NCBI RefSeq assembly: GCF_003918875.1
Contig: NW_025767587.1
Span: 186,001-250,000 of the forward strand
Direction of reading: 5' to 3'
Source of the DNA: Haliotis rubra
Taxonomy: Eukaryota
Length of the DNA stretch: 64,000 bases
The translations under genes were made by a program, and so were the position numbers. The notes beneath the pieces are model-generated. The model was not told where the DNA came from. It did not search any database and worked only from the letters and a program-made list of their open reading frames with translations. Shown piece after piece: positions 40,517 to 53,754 of the stretch (position 1 is its first letter; every line of letters starts with the position of its first letter).

Positions 40517-40809
40517 GATTAAGTTTTTTTCGACAACTAGGAAGAGTTGAATGACCAATACGTCTTTAAATACATTTTAGCAAAGGATTGGCAGGTTTTA
40601 TCTTCAGAGCAGATGGTGTAAATAAAAGGAGCGCCTTTTTGTCACGATCATGTTATCAGAATGACTTGCATTTCTTGAAAGAACGTGTGTCTTAGTTTGT
40701 TGACAGGGTTCGTCGCTTCTATTTGTGATCTGCATATTTGTTTTAACCTTCAGGCTCATTTTTTGTGTAGCACCACTGCAATATGCCCACTAACTAAATG
40801 TGAACCTCC

Positions 40810-41630
40810 GACATATGTTATACATAGCGCAACATCCGAGATATCATGCTTTAGATATATAGCGTCATATCCGACATATCATAAAGTATATAGGCTTTAT
40901 AGCATTACATCCGACATGCCATGTTGTATATAGCATCATATACGACATGTCATATTGTTTAAAGCACCACGTCTGACATATCATGCTGTTTATTGCATCA
41001 CATCCCTTGTATCTCATTGTCTATTGCATCACATCTGATCTATCATATTGTATAATGCACCACAACCAACATATCATGTGGTATATTGCATACACCTCAG
41101 ACATACTATGTTGTATATAGCGCCACATCCAACATACCATGTTGTAACACCATATCCGTCATATCATATTGTATATAGGGCCACATCTGATCTTTCCTGA
41201 TGTATATTGCATCACACCCAACATATCATGTTGTATATAGCGCAACACCCCATATACCATACGATATGTCTGATATGGCGCAATATACAACGTTGTATAC
41301 TTGGTGCTGTGCTATATACAGCATGATATGTTGGAGGTGCTGCAAGATACAATACGATATGTTGGATGTGATGCAATATACAGCAGGAAAGATCAGATGT
41401 GGCCCTATATACAATATTATATGTCGGATATGGTGTTATATACAACATGATAGGTCGTTTGATATGTTATATAAAATACGATATTTCAGATATGACACTT
41501 TATACAGCATATGTTGGATGTGACCCAATATACAAAATGCTGTGTCTGATGTGACGCTATATACAACACTGTATGCTGCATGTTGCACTATATAAAACAT
41601 GATATGTTGGGTGTGGCACCACATACAACC
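40810..41630. repeat. Degenerate ~31-bp satellite in two inverted halves
   Basis: 41161-41230 is near-reverse-complement of 41352-41420. Confidence 0.8.
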
Positions 41631-42480
41631 CCCTATACAGGCTGATATTTCACTGGTCTAACTATGTTACATCCTGGTATGTTGTATATCTCATTATGTT
41701 CATGCATTTGTATATGTCATGATGTAATGACCGCCGTTTATGATGGAAGACTTTGGTTTCATGAAAAAATAAATTTAAAAATAAAAATACCTAAAAACAC
41801 TAACTGTGAACCTGGTCCAGTCAATTTTTGGCCATGTGTGCTCCCATGAAACAACTGTTATTACAGCGTTTAGATTTGACATTTAATTATTTCACGACGG
41901 TAATTCTAGCCTCATAGTGACATTAATTGAGGTTTGGATAAGTTCCTTTGCTATGCTTAATGGAAACATATTGACACCATATATTGTTATAACAAATACC
42001 AGGTTCTCAACATCGCAAAGTCTCCACATGGTTTGGATATAGACATGCTGGTGAAGACTGGAATAAAGGTGATAGGGTCTTTTCTCAGTTACTCCATCAA
42101 TACGAGACACGTACCTTCTAGCAGATCTTCTGTATCGCAGCTTTTTTCTTGTAGAGTGTTTGGGGGAATTGAATCACAACGCAATGAAATTATGCATAAG
42201 CATAAGTGACCAATCACAAATTCGTAAACAAAATGCCAAAAGAAAGTCTACCATTAAAATTTTGAAATTATGTTTAGGGGAAGTGATTGAACAAACGAAA
42301 CCAAACGTTTTCTGTGCACCCAAACGCATCCCAAATGTGGGTCAAGTTGCCAACAATTGAGAATGTCGCGCACTTTGTAAATAAGACAGAAATGCATGAC
42401 ATGCCTTTTAATATCCAAATGCACAAAACTCACATTGCGAAAACAAATCAGTGTAAATACAATCCCATTGACCATTTAAA

Positions 42481-42845
42481 ATGCCCAGGCTCAGCCGTGA
42501 ACAGAGAGAAAGCGCAATAGGCATGATCAATACGGGCGCGTCCGTAAAGCCATCAACAGGACACACACAATACTGACCACAAGAGCATCCTGGAGTGCAC
42601 ATTGAATTCGGTAACGAATTTCAAACTCTATGATTTAAATTGTGAAACTGACATTTGACCCCCATGTGAATCATCCCTCTGTAAATTTAATATGTTTGCT
42701 TTGTTTACTTGTTTAAACCATTGTAAATACTGTGGAAGCCGTCCATCCTTCCAATACAGATGAATTTTCATTCAATGCATTTTGTTATTTCTTCCTATAA
42801 AAGTTTGCGTCGTGGGACACTTTCTTTTGGAATTTAGTTTATTTA
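42481..42845 (+). mobile_element. Tc1 relic (N-terminal HTH fragment)
   Basis: MPRLSREQRESAIGMINTG at 42481; TIR-like end at ~42817-42842. Confidence 0.5.
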
Positions 42846-43099
42846 ACATATAATGACAATATTACCATACCAAAACCAGTTTAGAAATGCAATGTACCTG
42901 ATTATTTGAATATTGTTCCATGTTGCTTAAAAACGTTTGTGTAAAACGTTTTAAGTCTAAACAATTTCAAACAAGTTAGGAATTCAAACATTTCAGACAT
43001 CAAAACGCGTTTAAATTACCAGGCAAGGATTGAACGCTTTTAATGGTTTGGTTACCAGGGAGAGGAAGTACCAGATAATACAGAGATGCTATAAGATTA

Positions 43100-43700
43100 C
43101 AGACAAGTGACAAGTTTATTTTACATTTGAGACCTCATGGCCCATTGTGCTAAAACACACGGATCATACAATGCGCAAGATATATTGATATACAATGCAA
43201 GGCTACTTAGTACTTAACATTGTACATTTCATTTGAGGAACAGTGATATTCTCTTTATAAGAACAGAATTTGTTGTTGACATTAATGATACAAATTTATC
43301 ATGGGATGGAATGTTATGATAATATGGTGGCGTAACAGTTCTCTACTTGTCTTATAATGAGGACATAGGATTATAATTAGCTGTGGTTATGATATGGTAT
43401 GAATTTCCAAAAGATACTCTGTCTTGGACAACGTCAATTGCTGCATTCAGCAAACATTCAATTTTAGTGTTCACATATAGATTTATTTCGGAATATTATC
43501 TCTAGGAAATGCATGGCGTAATAGTTCCAGATGGTACTCAATAAATGCTCAGTGCCTTCAGTGGACATTTCACAGTCATGGAAAAGGATCACATTGCAAC
43601 ATAAGTGATTCATTTAATGAAGGATAAGAGAAAAACATTTTCTATGATGAGTGGCAATTATTCAACTACAACACCAATATTTCTGCAACAGGAACTTAAA
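43100..43700 (-). mobile_element. Degenerate LINE 3' end
   Basis: Minus strand ends AATAAA-CTTGTCACTTGTC; remnant PPYYHNIPSHDKFVSLM resembles an ORF2 C-terminus. Confidence 0.5.
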
Positions 43701-44479
43701 AAATATAGGTACAATTAAAGAAACATCTTTTGTGTCATAGCCAGCAGAACTAAACACATTCGTATAACTGATTTGAATACTATTTTAGCCGACTTTAAAG
43801 GTGAATCCGGGAAAGCAAATTATACTCTGCTATTTGTTATTTAGCTAGATGAATAGATTGAAACAACACTTGCTATATTCTTAATTATTAATGAATAATA
43901 TGTAGGTAATAGGGTATATGTACAATGTGTTAAAGGTAATAAATGAGTAACTTTTGGTTGGAATTATTTTTAAGAAGCACATGGGGATGTCCTCAGATCT
44001 CCGATACGGTGGTACGTAAGCCCTAATTACAAGATCTGATTGAAATGAGATTTCGGGTTTTATTTCTCCTCAAAGTGTTTTTTACAAAGAAGTAAATTTA
44101 TATGAGGAGCATCTTAGTAAATACTGTAAAATACCTCAAACAAAATGTTTTCGAATGCAACAATTCAATACCACATAGAGTAACGTTCACTTCCAACACT
44201 TTAATTGAGAAAAATATTAGTTCGTTTAAGCAATAGTGATGACACAAATGTGTTTATATTCTCGAGCAGTGTTATCAAGAGCTCGTTCTGTTTCAGCGAA
44301 ACAGTTAACCTAATTCCTGATTTGAAGAATGTAACCTAAAGTCGCTGTCTATATTTTCTATTCCAAAGAAAGTACTCTTAACAATTACTGATAGGAATGT
44401 GCCAACACTCCTCGGTGCACAGGAACGGTACTGTCATAATCTCAGAGACTCGCACAGACTCGCCGATTCGCCAAACAAC

Positions 44480-47400
44480 ATGAAGGCTCTCCTTGTTTTT
44501 ACTGCCTTGGGATTTGTCCTGGTAAGCTAACAAATTGGCAGTAGTATGATCGATGTAATCGATGTTTATGTCACACCATACACCGTGTGGGACGCCAGGT
44601 GTACTTTGTCCCACAGATGGCAAGATGAATCTGGTTCATTCTTGTCTTCCGTGCGAGCCAGTACACCTGGTCCACCATATTGTGTCTCGGAAGGTCGCCA
44701 AAGCGTTAGTTAGGGTTGTCAAGATTCCGTGAATATTCGAATTTTGTTTGGTCAGCTGGATTAACCCAAACGGAAATTTTGTATATAGAGAACCTCGATA
44801 ATCTGGACTCTATTGCGTAGTGATTAAATTTGTGAATGTATTAAGGGGACCTGTGAATATCCGGGCCAGAACTGGTTTTCAGAAACCCAAGTTGGTCTTA
44901 ACATGCAATTATAGAGCGGATTGGGTGGTCAAGCTTTCTCACGTTGTTGATGCCTGTCCCGCTCGCATAGATCGTGCTCATAATGTCAATCACTGGGTCG
45001 TTTGGTGCAGACGACATTATCTACAGTCCACCATTGGGGAATATGTCTATGCGATTATGTATCATACATTTCAGAGGAATGAGCACACAGAATACAGTAT
45101 ACATGGTATTCAAAGTCTTTTGTCCTCTTCAATAATCTGGAATATCCTAATGGTTAAAGCTTTCGCTCCTTGCGGGAAGACCCGAGCATAATTCCACACA
45201 TGTATATAATGTGTGGAGCCTACGGCTGGTGTCGGGGGGTGGGGTAGCCTAGCTGTTTAAGCGCTCGCTCTTCACCCCGAAGGCCCAGGTTCGATTTCCG
45301 TATGGCGTCAGTGTATCAAGCTAATTTATAGAATTTCCACCGTGATTTTGCAGGAATATTGCTAATAGCGGTATTAAACCATACTCACTCACTCACTCCC
45401 AGACGCCTCCGTGGTGTAGTGGTTAGAGCGTCCGCCCGGAGAGCGGAAGGTCGCGGGTTCGATCCCCGACCGCGTCATGCCAAAAGACGTTAAAATATGG
45501 TACTTGTTGGTCCCTGCCTGGCGCTCGGCATTAATTTGGAACAAAAAGGACTGGTCGGCTCGAAGTCAGTATAATGTGTCTAAGTGGGGTATTCATGCTT
45601 CACTGCATGGTATCTCAGTGGGCTAGCACTATAAAACCCAGCTTCAGTCTGGGTTAGTACAAGCAGCCGCACATACACATACACACGCATGCACGTCGTC
45701 ATATGAGCGAAATATTCTCAAGCACGACGTTAAACCCAATTTCACCTCACCTCCCTCCCACTCACTCACTCACTCTGGTTGCCACGTGCACGTCGTAATA
45801 ATGCTGGACAATTGCCAAAAGAGGCGAAAAATCATACTCAGTCACGAATAAATGGCCGGGAATAGACAATGTCGTCTAAAATGGCGGTTACATCTTTACA
45901 CGAGATATCTCTTGTTTGATGAAAGTTTGTCTCATCGTATAAATATATTCCTGTTCCTATTTCAGGGAGATATCGGACAGATCGTGTACTACCACCCCGA
46001 GCTCGTCCACGGCTACTCAATGGAGTATCACAGCTACGCCGTATTTAGCTTCTCGTATTTCCTACCACGAATAAATAATTACTTGCTGATGTTCAAATGA
46101 AGTGAAACTCAGTACGTCTCAGTTAGACTCAGTTGATCCGGAAAAAAACTTAATGGACATGGAGGCTTATTATATACACGAAATACCCATGATTCTTAAA
46201 TAATATATTTGAACACTCTCACCAGGACCTGTACCGTATCTGGATTGAAAATTGAATTATCACTCAAATCGTGTTGCCTTAAGAAGTATAAGAGATTAAG
46301 TGATATCTCCTTGTTGATGATCCTACGATGAAATTTATAAATGTTTTTTCAGGCGATTGTGACATCATTGTTGACTTCACAATTGTTTTTTTAATAACAA
46401 ATATATAGCAAGGATCGTTGATAAAGGTTTAATACTCCGCGGCTAGAGTTAATGTCAGTAAACACTCACAGAGTTTTTCTAATTTTTCACTTTTTTGTAT
46501 TCATCACCAGCATGGAAAGGCACTGAACACAAATCAGACATTAAATGGCATTGTAATATTTCTGTACAACCAGCTGATTCATATAACAATAATGAATGTA
46601 TATTTCAGGACATCATTGTGGTGAGGAACGCTACTACTTGCTACATCGTCGACGTCACCGCCGCCATCGAGACCGACCTGAGGCACAGCACAACGAGGAG
46701 AACGATAGAGGTGAGGTATAAATTGAAAATAACGACATCGAGCGATAATCATTATATCATTATGATAGATGGACTCGTCCCTCTAAACACTAATGTTACA
46801 AACACATACAGCCTGTCTCAAACAACTGAAAACTCGATTAATGTAACTTTTCTCGACAAACATCCACTTCGAATGTAGATGACTTGAGTTTCTGGGTTCG
46901 AATTCCGGTTCGCCTCAATTTGGATTTTTTGGTCGGTAGGCACAATACTCGTTTTCGTGGCGTTTACCAATATGCTAACCGTCTTATAGCCGCCTTATTT
47001 TGGCTTTCCTTACACATTACGTTGGCACGACGTTAAATAGCTGGAGTAGTGATTCATTCGGCTTTAAACTTACTAAATACAACCTCGTGTTGTAAGCTGA
47101 TGCCTTGCAGAGTTACTTCCCTGATGCTTTGCAGAGATACTTCCCTTAGCTCAGACATTCACACAAAGCGTGGATTCAACCCAGGTCGGAATATGTAATC
47201 TGACAAGCCATCATGATACACGTGGATATACGCCCCGGCCAGTGTTACCTGGAACTTTATTCTCTTCTCACGCACTCCCTCACTCCCTCACTCATTCCAC
47301 TCACTCACTCCGTTCAATGTTTACTTCCTTCCAATCACACACTCACTCACTCCTTCTCTCCACTCACTCACCCACCCACACACTCACTCACTCACCCAAC

Positions 47401-47747
47401 CACTCACTCACCCGACCCCCTACTCAATCACTCACCCGACCCCCTACTCAATCACTCACCCGACCCCCCACTCACTCACCCGACCCCCCACTCACTCACT
47501 CAACACTGTAAAATGCAAAGAAATTGTAAAAAACCCACCCCACCCCCTTTGTATTGGGTAAATACACGGGGTGTTTGAATGTTTCCAGGAGGAAATCTAC
47601 AACCAGATGGTGAGTCACAAGGGGGAAGTGGTGTCCTCCATCGACAAGATCCGCCAGCAGCTTCAGGACATCCGTGCTATAGTCGAGTGTTTCAACCACA
47701 ACGTCTACCAGATCAAGTACATGCACTCAACATCGAAATCAATTTAA
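44480..47747 (+). CDS. BL5: secreted BRICHOS-like small protein, 125 aa
   Basis: Exons: 44480-44521 MKALLVFTALGFVL; 45966-46040 GDIGQIVYYHPELVHGYSMEYHSYA; 46609-46710 DIIVVRNATTCYIVDVTAAIETDLRHSTTRRTIE; 47589-47747 EEIYNQMVSHKGEVVSSIDKIRQQLQDIRAIVECFNHNVYQIKYMHSTSKSI*. AATAAA overlaps the stop codon. Confidence 0.87.
45403..45757 (+). mobile_element. tRNA-derived SINE family 3 (Meta/MESC-like core)
   Basis: tRNA head, GTCATRCCAAAAGACGTTAAAATATGGTACTTG core, (CACCT)n tail. Confidence 0.85.
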
Positions 47748-47821
47748 TAAACCTATCGAATGTACAGTACAAGCAAATCAATTATCAAATCTGAAATGGT
47801 TATCTTGCAAATGACGATTAT

Positions 47822-48180
47822 GAGGTGAGGTGATGTGAAATTGGGTTTAACGTCGTGCTTGAGAATATTTCGCTCATATGACGACGTGCATGCGTGTGTA
47901 CGTGTATGTGCGGCTGCTTGTACTAGCCCAGACTTAAGCTGGTTTTATAGTGCTAGCCCACTGAGATACCATGCCGCAGTGAAACATGAATACCCCACTC
48001 AGACACATTATACTGACTCCGAGCCGACCAGTCCTTGTTGTACCCATTAATGCCGAGCGTCAGACAGGGACCAACAAGTACCATATTTTAACGTCTTTTG
48101 GTATGACGCGGTAGGGGATCGAACCCGCGACCTTCCGCTCTCCGGGCGGACGCTCTAACCACTACACCACGGAGGCGGTC
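47822..48180 (-). mobile_element. SINE family 3 full-length copy
   Basis: TSD GACGA[T/A]TATGAG. Other copies: 59373-59690 (TSD ACCAT[G/A]CTGAGTA), 33400-33648(-), and tails at 14059 and 14168. Confidence 0.88.
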
Positions 48181-48644
48181 GACGAATATGAGAAAACTCC
48201 ATTTTGTGTAAGCGTCATATTGTTTGAATACGTTTGTAAACAATGGATTAAGGAATCTATCAATGTTAAACATTCCCACCACCTATTCCCACCCTTCCCA
48301 AACACACATCACACATGGGCACACCCTGCACAGATCACAGAAACACACATTCCAACCTCATCAACGGCTAAAACAGGAACTGCTATATGCTTATAAATAC
48401 TGCAGTCATGTTGCTGAAGAAAAATACCACGCCTTAATGGAATATATTAATATAAGAGTGAAATATTTATCCCAACACTGGAAGATAGTTTGATACATGA
48501 TCCTAAGACAGGCCGATGTTGATTATCTATTATTTACAGTTGAAATGTATCGCCAGTACAACATATACTGGTGTGCTTAGTATGTACTACTGGCCAGCGT
48601 ACTCATCTACACTACACCACAACACGACCCAAAACAATATGCAG

Positions 48645-49021
48645 TGTGGTAGTGTGCGGTCTTGTGCATAAAGCTCAGGTCACAAATCAGTTGAAGTTAA
48701 GCAACGTTGGGCGCGGCGAGTCATTGGGTGGGTGACCGTGTTTGGCAGCTTGACTCCTGAGGGTGTCTAGGACCAACCGACAACGAAGCACATGTGATAC
48801 ATGTGGTCTCACCTTAGGCAAGTGAGTTTGTTCACAATTGCCTCTGTTCACCCTGCAGAAAATGGGTACCCGGTGGGATAAGTCATGTGACTATAACCTT
48901 CTGGCGCCTCACAGGCAGCTTCGGTTATCCGGGGTAATAATGAACTGTGGAACTCTGTTAACGCTTTGAGCACACTTTGGTGTGGAGTTTATTGCAATAA
49001 TGAGAATCCATATCATTATTC
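48645..49021 (+). mobile_element. SINE with 5S-rRNA-derived segment and CORE-like domain
   Basis: GAAGTTAAGCAACGTTGGGCGCGG..TTGGGTGGGTGACCG is 5S-like; CCTTAGGCAAG..AAAATGGGTAC is CORE-like; partial inverted copy at ~25720-25975. Confidence 0.7.
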
Positions 49022-49319
49022 ACAGACCACCAACCAAATCACAGCATTGCACCGCACCGCACCGCACCGCACCGCACCGCACCGCACCGCACCGCACACA
49101 ACACATCACATGAGGCAACAAACCATACCCCCATCCCCGCCCCCAGCCCCACACCAATATTCTACAGTCTCTGAATCCAACCTACATGTACAAGAGGACC
49201 CGACTTAACTGATGCTCCACCCATGAATGCCAAACACATATCTACTCAGGTGACCGAGCTCAGAGCACCAGGGTAGGTGTTGTTGTATTGGGTGTTCCTA
49301 TCGTGATCTCTATGTACCC

Positions 49320-49487
49320 GGGGCGGTGGGGTAGCCTAGTGGTTAAAGCGTTCGCTCGTCACGCAGAAGACCCGGGTTCGATTCCCCACATGGGTACAAT
49401 GTGTGAAGCCCATTTCTGGTGTCACCCGCCGTGATGTTGCTGGAATATTGCTAAAAGAGGCGTAAAACCATACTCACTCACTCACTC
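49320..49487 (+). mobile_element. tRNA-derived SINE family 1 (~170 bp), representative copy
   Basis: A box TAGCCTAGTGG, B box GGTTCGATTCC, (ACTC)n tail, TSD TCTATGTACCC. More than 20 copies, e.g. 1093, 10407, 11224(-), 11592, 12437, 12794, 13217, 19566, 20665(-), 24441(-), 25011(-), 54008, 55203(-), 56250, 58709(-), 61407, 61941, 63968. Confidence 0.9.
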
Positions 49488-49908
49488 TATGTACCCATTC
49501 AACAGAACCAGTGAGAGTGGTGCACATTTTGGCAATATTCAAGCCTTATCCCGAAATAAAGGCTCTAAACAACACGACCATGTGGGGAATCGAACCGCGC
49601 TTCAACCAGAAAACTACGGTTCCCAGTCAAATCAGAGTCGTGTGTTAGTGAGTGAGCTAAGGTCTTATGTCGCATTGCCATTACTTCAGCCATACAGCGA
49701 CGAGACCAAATTATTAACACAAAGTCTCACTCAAAATCATGTACACACTCCAACATCACAATATTGTTTTCATTTTGAAAGAATGGTCTAAAATCTACTA
49801 TTTACAATCCAGTATAATGCTATTTACAATCCAGATTAAAACTATTTACAATCCAGTATAATACTATTTACAATCCAGTGTACTGCTTTTTTACAATCCA
49901 GTGTAATA

Positions 49909-50733
49909 CTACAGTCTTCAAAAAAGCATATCTCATAGCAGTATGAACCTAGTGAGCCACAATTGCGTACACAGATTGACAACTGTATTGTGAATAGTGT
50001 CATCACGTTGTCATACCAGTCACTGCACAAAGGTGTGGCCCCAGGGGGCGTGATAGTCAGTACCTAGTGTGAGCACCACGAGCTGCTATCACTTTTCGAC
50101 ACCTCCCAGGAACAGACCGGATGACACGTTGGATTCTTGCCTGGGGAAACCTCCGCCATTCCTCCTGTAACGCCACTGCAAGTTCTCCAAGCGTCTGCGG
50201 GACCCGTTGACGTTGACGTACACGTCGATCCAGCTGATCCCAAAGATGTTCTATGGGGTTCAAGTCTGGGGACCTGACGGCCAGGGCAAGACATGAATGT
50301 TCTCATTGGCTAGGTAGGCCATTGTCACGCGTGCCGTATGGGATCGGGCGTTGTCTTGCTGTAAGATCTCTCGCTGCCGGTTGATAGTGGGACGGACGTG
50401 TGGACGAAGAATCTGGTTGATGTACCGGTTTGCAGTCAGATTCCCCTGAACCAGCACTAAGTCAGTCCTACCGGTGTATGATATGGCACCCCACATCATA
50501 ACACTCCCCCAACCGAAGTGATCGATCTGTCGTACGCAGTTGGGCGCGTAACGTTCATTCCTACGTCGGTACACACGTTGTCTTCCATTTTGGTTGTGTT
50601 TGCGCGACATAACCATTAAAAATCACATACATCACATCATTCAAACATAAACATAGTCTTTAGATCTATTGCCGATATGAAAATGCAATAGAAAAATCTC
50701 TCCCCCCATGCGTTTCTTTTTTTGAAGAGTGTA
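49909..50733 (-). mobile_element. Internally deleted Tc1/mariner inserted in a minisatellite
   Basis: SVMMWGAI, LQQDNARSH, WPS and NPIEHLW motifs with a frameshift; TIR-like ends at 50709-50733 and ~49909. Confidence 0.8.
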
Positions 50734-51165
50734 TTTACCATCCAGAAAAATACTAATTTCAATCCAATATAATGCTATTTACAATCCAGATTAACACTAT
50801 TTACAATCCAGTATTATACTATTTACAATCCAGTATAATACTATTTACAATCCAGTATTATACTATTTACAATCCAGTATATTACTACCTACATTCCAGC
50901 ACAATACTATTTACAATCCAGCACAATTCTATTTACAATCCAGGATAGGTAGTCACTCATATATTTCAGACAGTATTTCACATAACCGACAAGTACTTAT
51001 TATAAAAACAATATTAATAAAATTTCTCGTATGGCTCGAGACAGAAAGTATATAAATTATGTATGGAAGCGATATCCGTTACGATATGAGTTATTTTTTA
51101 TTGAAACTGAGACTGTTACCAAGGCTACGGGATGTAAACACAATAACAACAAGCACACCTCCATC

Positions 51166-51221
51166 TATAAATGGATGTGATTCAAAGACAATCTTCACTT
51201 TCTTTTGGTTCTGAACGACCG
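51166..51221 (+). promoter_or_regulatory. TATA box and probable short non-coding exon 1 of the 53755 gene
   Basis: TATAAA at 51166, CACTTT Inr-like site ~30 bp downstream, G/GTAAGT donor at 51222. Confidence 0.55.
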
Positions 51222-53754
51222 GTAAGTATTCTCATTCTCTTAATACTTCGTCTGTGATATTTCTCTAATACATACTTTCACGGAGTCAAGCCGAGGGGAG
51301 GATTGGCTGATCCAAAAAGACATAAAGTCAAAAAGAACCAAGAACGATTTCCCAGATAAATGAATAAAAATAATAATTTACATTTTCTATTAAGTTAGGA
51401 CGTTATACTATTTGTATAATTTGTGAACGGAGGGGCGAATGAAATTATGCCGATATTGTTGTTTCATTTAATTAAATATTAAGCTGACTTCGAATATGGT
51501 CATTTGACCATAATCAAAAAATTAATTTATAAAGAGTAATCTGTTGTGGCGTATTGTGGTAAAAATATAATTAGTTAGATCAATCATGAGGCCATATACA
51601 GATAGACGCTCTTTTTCAATTAATGGAATGGAGAATGATCTCATGATCCCTACCATGTTGGAAATTTGTAAATTTGAGCTAAGAAACCCCAACTTCATTG
51701 ATTTAAGATTTTAAAGATACCATTAACAATTGTTTATTGAGATATATTTTTCTTATTTGTAAAGTTTTAAATTAAATTATCTTTAAAAAATAAAATCACA
51801 AAGTATTCTTTGAATGCTAAATAGACGACCCTGCAGTTCCTCATTTATAACGTCACTAAATTAATATATTTTCAGCTGAAAAATTAAGAATATGTTAAAT
51901 CAACCGACATATATAATTGCTTTTTCTTCTCTGGTACTACCATAAATGGTGCTCATTGTCATGGGAGCTTTAAACATCATACAAACACGACGTATAGCTG
52001 TTACCTGCCCGGATATGGCTGCTGTACAACGGGGAACGCTTGTTTTAGTCTGCTTGAGTCAGTGACGTCACCACATGGTGTAAAACCACCGTTGTTGTTG
52101 TTGTTGTAGCAGGCAACGTCCCCTTGTTGCTCCAGTCGCCGTGGCGCCAAAATAATATTTACGTTGACGGGGAATAGATACCTGTAAATTATTAATATAG
52201 AAACTGATGTATACTGGGACATGATACTTGTTGAGAATATAGAAGTTAAGGGCCACGGAGTCATATTTATCATCCAGTACTCAGGTTTCCAGAGCAGATA
52301 TCGTTTAGGTAAGTTTTGAGCAAATTGCTGATTGGTTAATATTTTTCGGACTATTTTCGTCTCCCTGAGATGTAAACAAAGATGGCCATAGCAATTAAGA
52401 TATTTTTGTTCTTGACTTTTTCTATCGACATAAAAGTTTACTTAAAATATTACCAAGAAATGGTAAAACTTGCAGAATTTAAAGCAATAAATGTTAGCAC
52501 TACTTTTGTATGTGCTTGTTGTTTATGACGTAATGGTGTCACTCGTTCTCTCTACCGTCACTATTGTTCGTTTGGATGTATTCATACGCAAGTCTTCAAC
52601 TGTTACTTGTTACAAGTGACATTTCGTATTTAATTTCTCTTGAAGGATAAATTAAGTATGATATTTGATGATAAATAGAATCTCACCCGCGTGTCGTTTG
52701 ATATCAAATATGTCACCACGAGTTGATAAAAGTGAGAAAACCCAGAGGCTGGCCGAGACACTAGGGTGAGATTCTCTATTTCTTAAAATAATTGATAATG
52801 CCTAGAAAACTAAGGACATCCGGGTTCTTAAATACAACTACAATTCTTCTTCTTCTTCTTCTTCTTATTATTATTACAGTTATTCATATTGCGAGTAGGA
52901 GTTTATACGGAATACTGCACGACAGGTACAAACCTGTTGAAGTAATTTGTGATGAAGTTTGCGTGGGTTTAATGTTGAAATGAAATATGTAATAGGGTAC
53001 AATGTGCGAAGTCCATTTCTGGTGTCCCCCGCGGTGATATTGCTGAAATACTGCTTAAAGCGGCGTAAAACTAAACTCCCTCACTCACTCACTCTCTCAC
53101 TCTAAACCCCGTCAGCAGTGATAACTGGTGTTAGGTATTAATGGCATTAATGGCTTTGAGTGTGGCAAAACGTCGTGTAGACTATAAATGGCGCTTCTTG
53201 TCTAGCCTCGGCTGCCAGTGACACTGACACCACCTGGTGTTAAAGTGGGTGACATGTCTTCTTCATAGAGGTCTCACCAACGACACCAGGTGTTTGAAAT
53301 TAATTGTTAGTATCGTCCTGGTGTTTGTGATTCGTTTCTTGCCCTGTTCGAGAGCTCCATCCGAAAACACTACTGACACCCGGTGTTTGAAGCCATGGCG
53401 TGTAGTGTCCTGACCTCTCAACAAACCTGTAACGGCATTAGCTGGTTGAGATATGTGACAGGTATCAACCTGATCCGGCGTCCGGCTCTTGTCAATGGCA
53501 ATAAAGATCCCGAATACCAACCCCAAACCCCAAGGGTTCATTCAATCAAATGACAAAAGAATATAAATTATATTTTCTTATGAATATAATAAGTTGAATT
53601 AATCAGCATGTCCGCCAAACAAGTGTGTTTGCTACATTTAAACGAAATCCACCATCCACACAAAAATAAAATTAAAACAAATAGTCCAATCAAGGGGTAA
53701 TGATTATACTGTGTGTTAAGAGATAATCTTCTTGCAGCCCTCAGGACACAAGAC

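Noticed and set aside
48688-48740. 5S rRNA gene
   Set aside because: Only a diverged internal fragment embedded in a SINE
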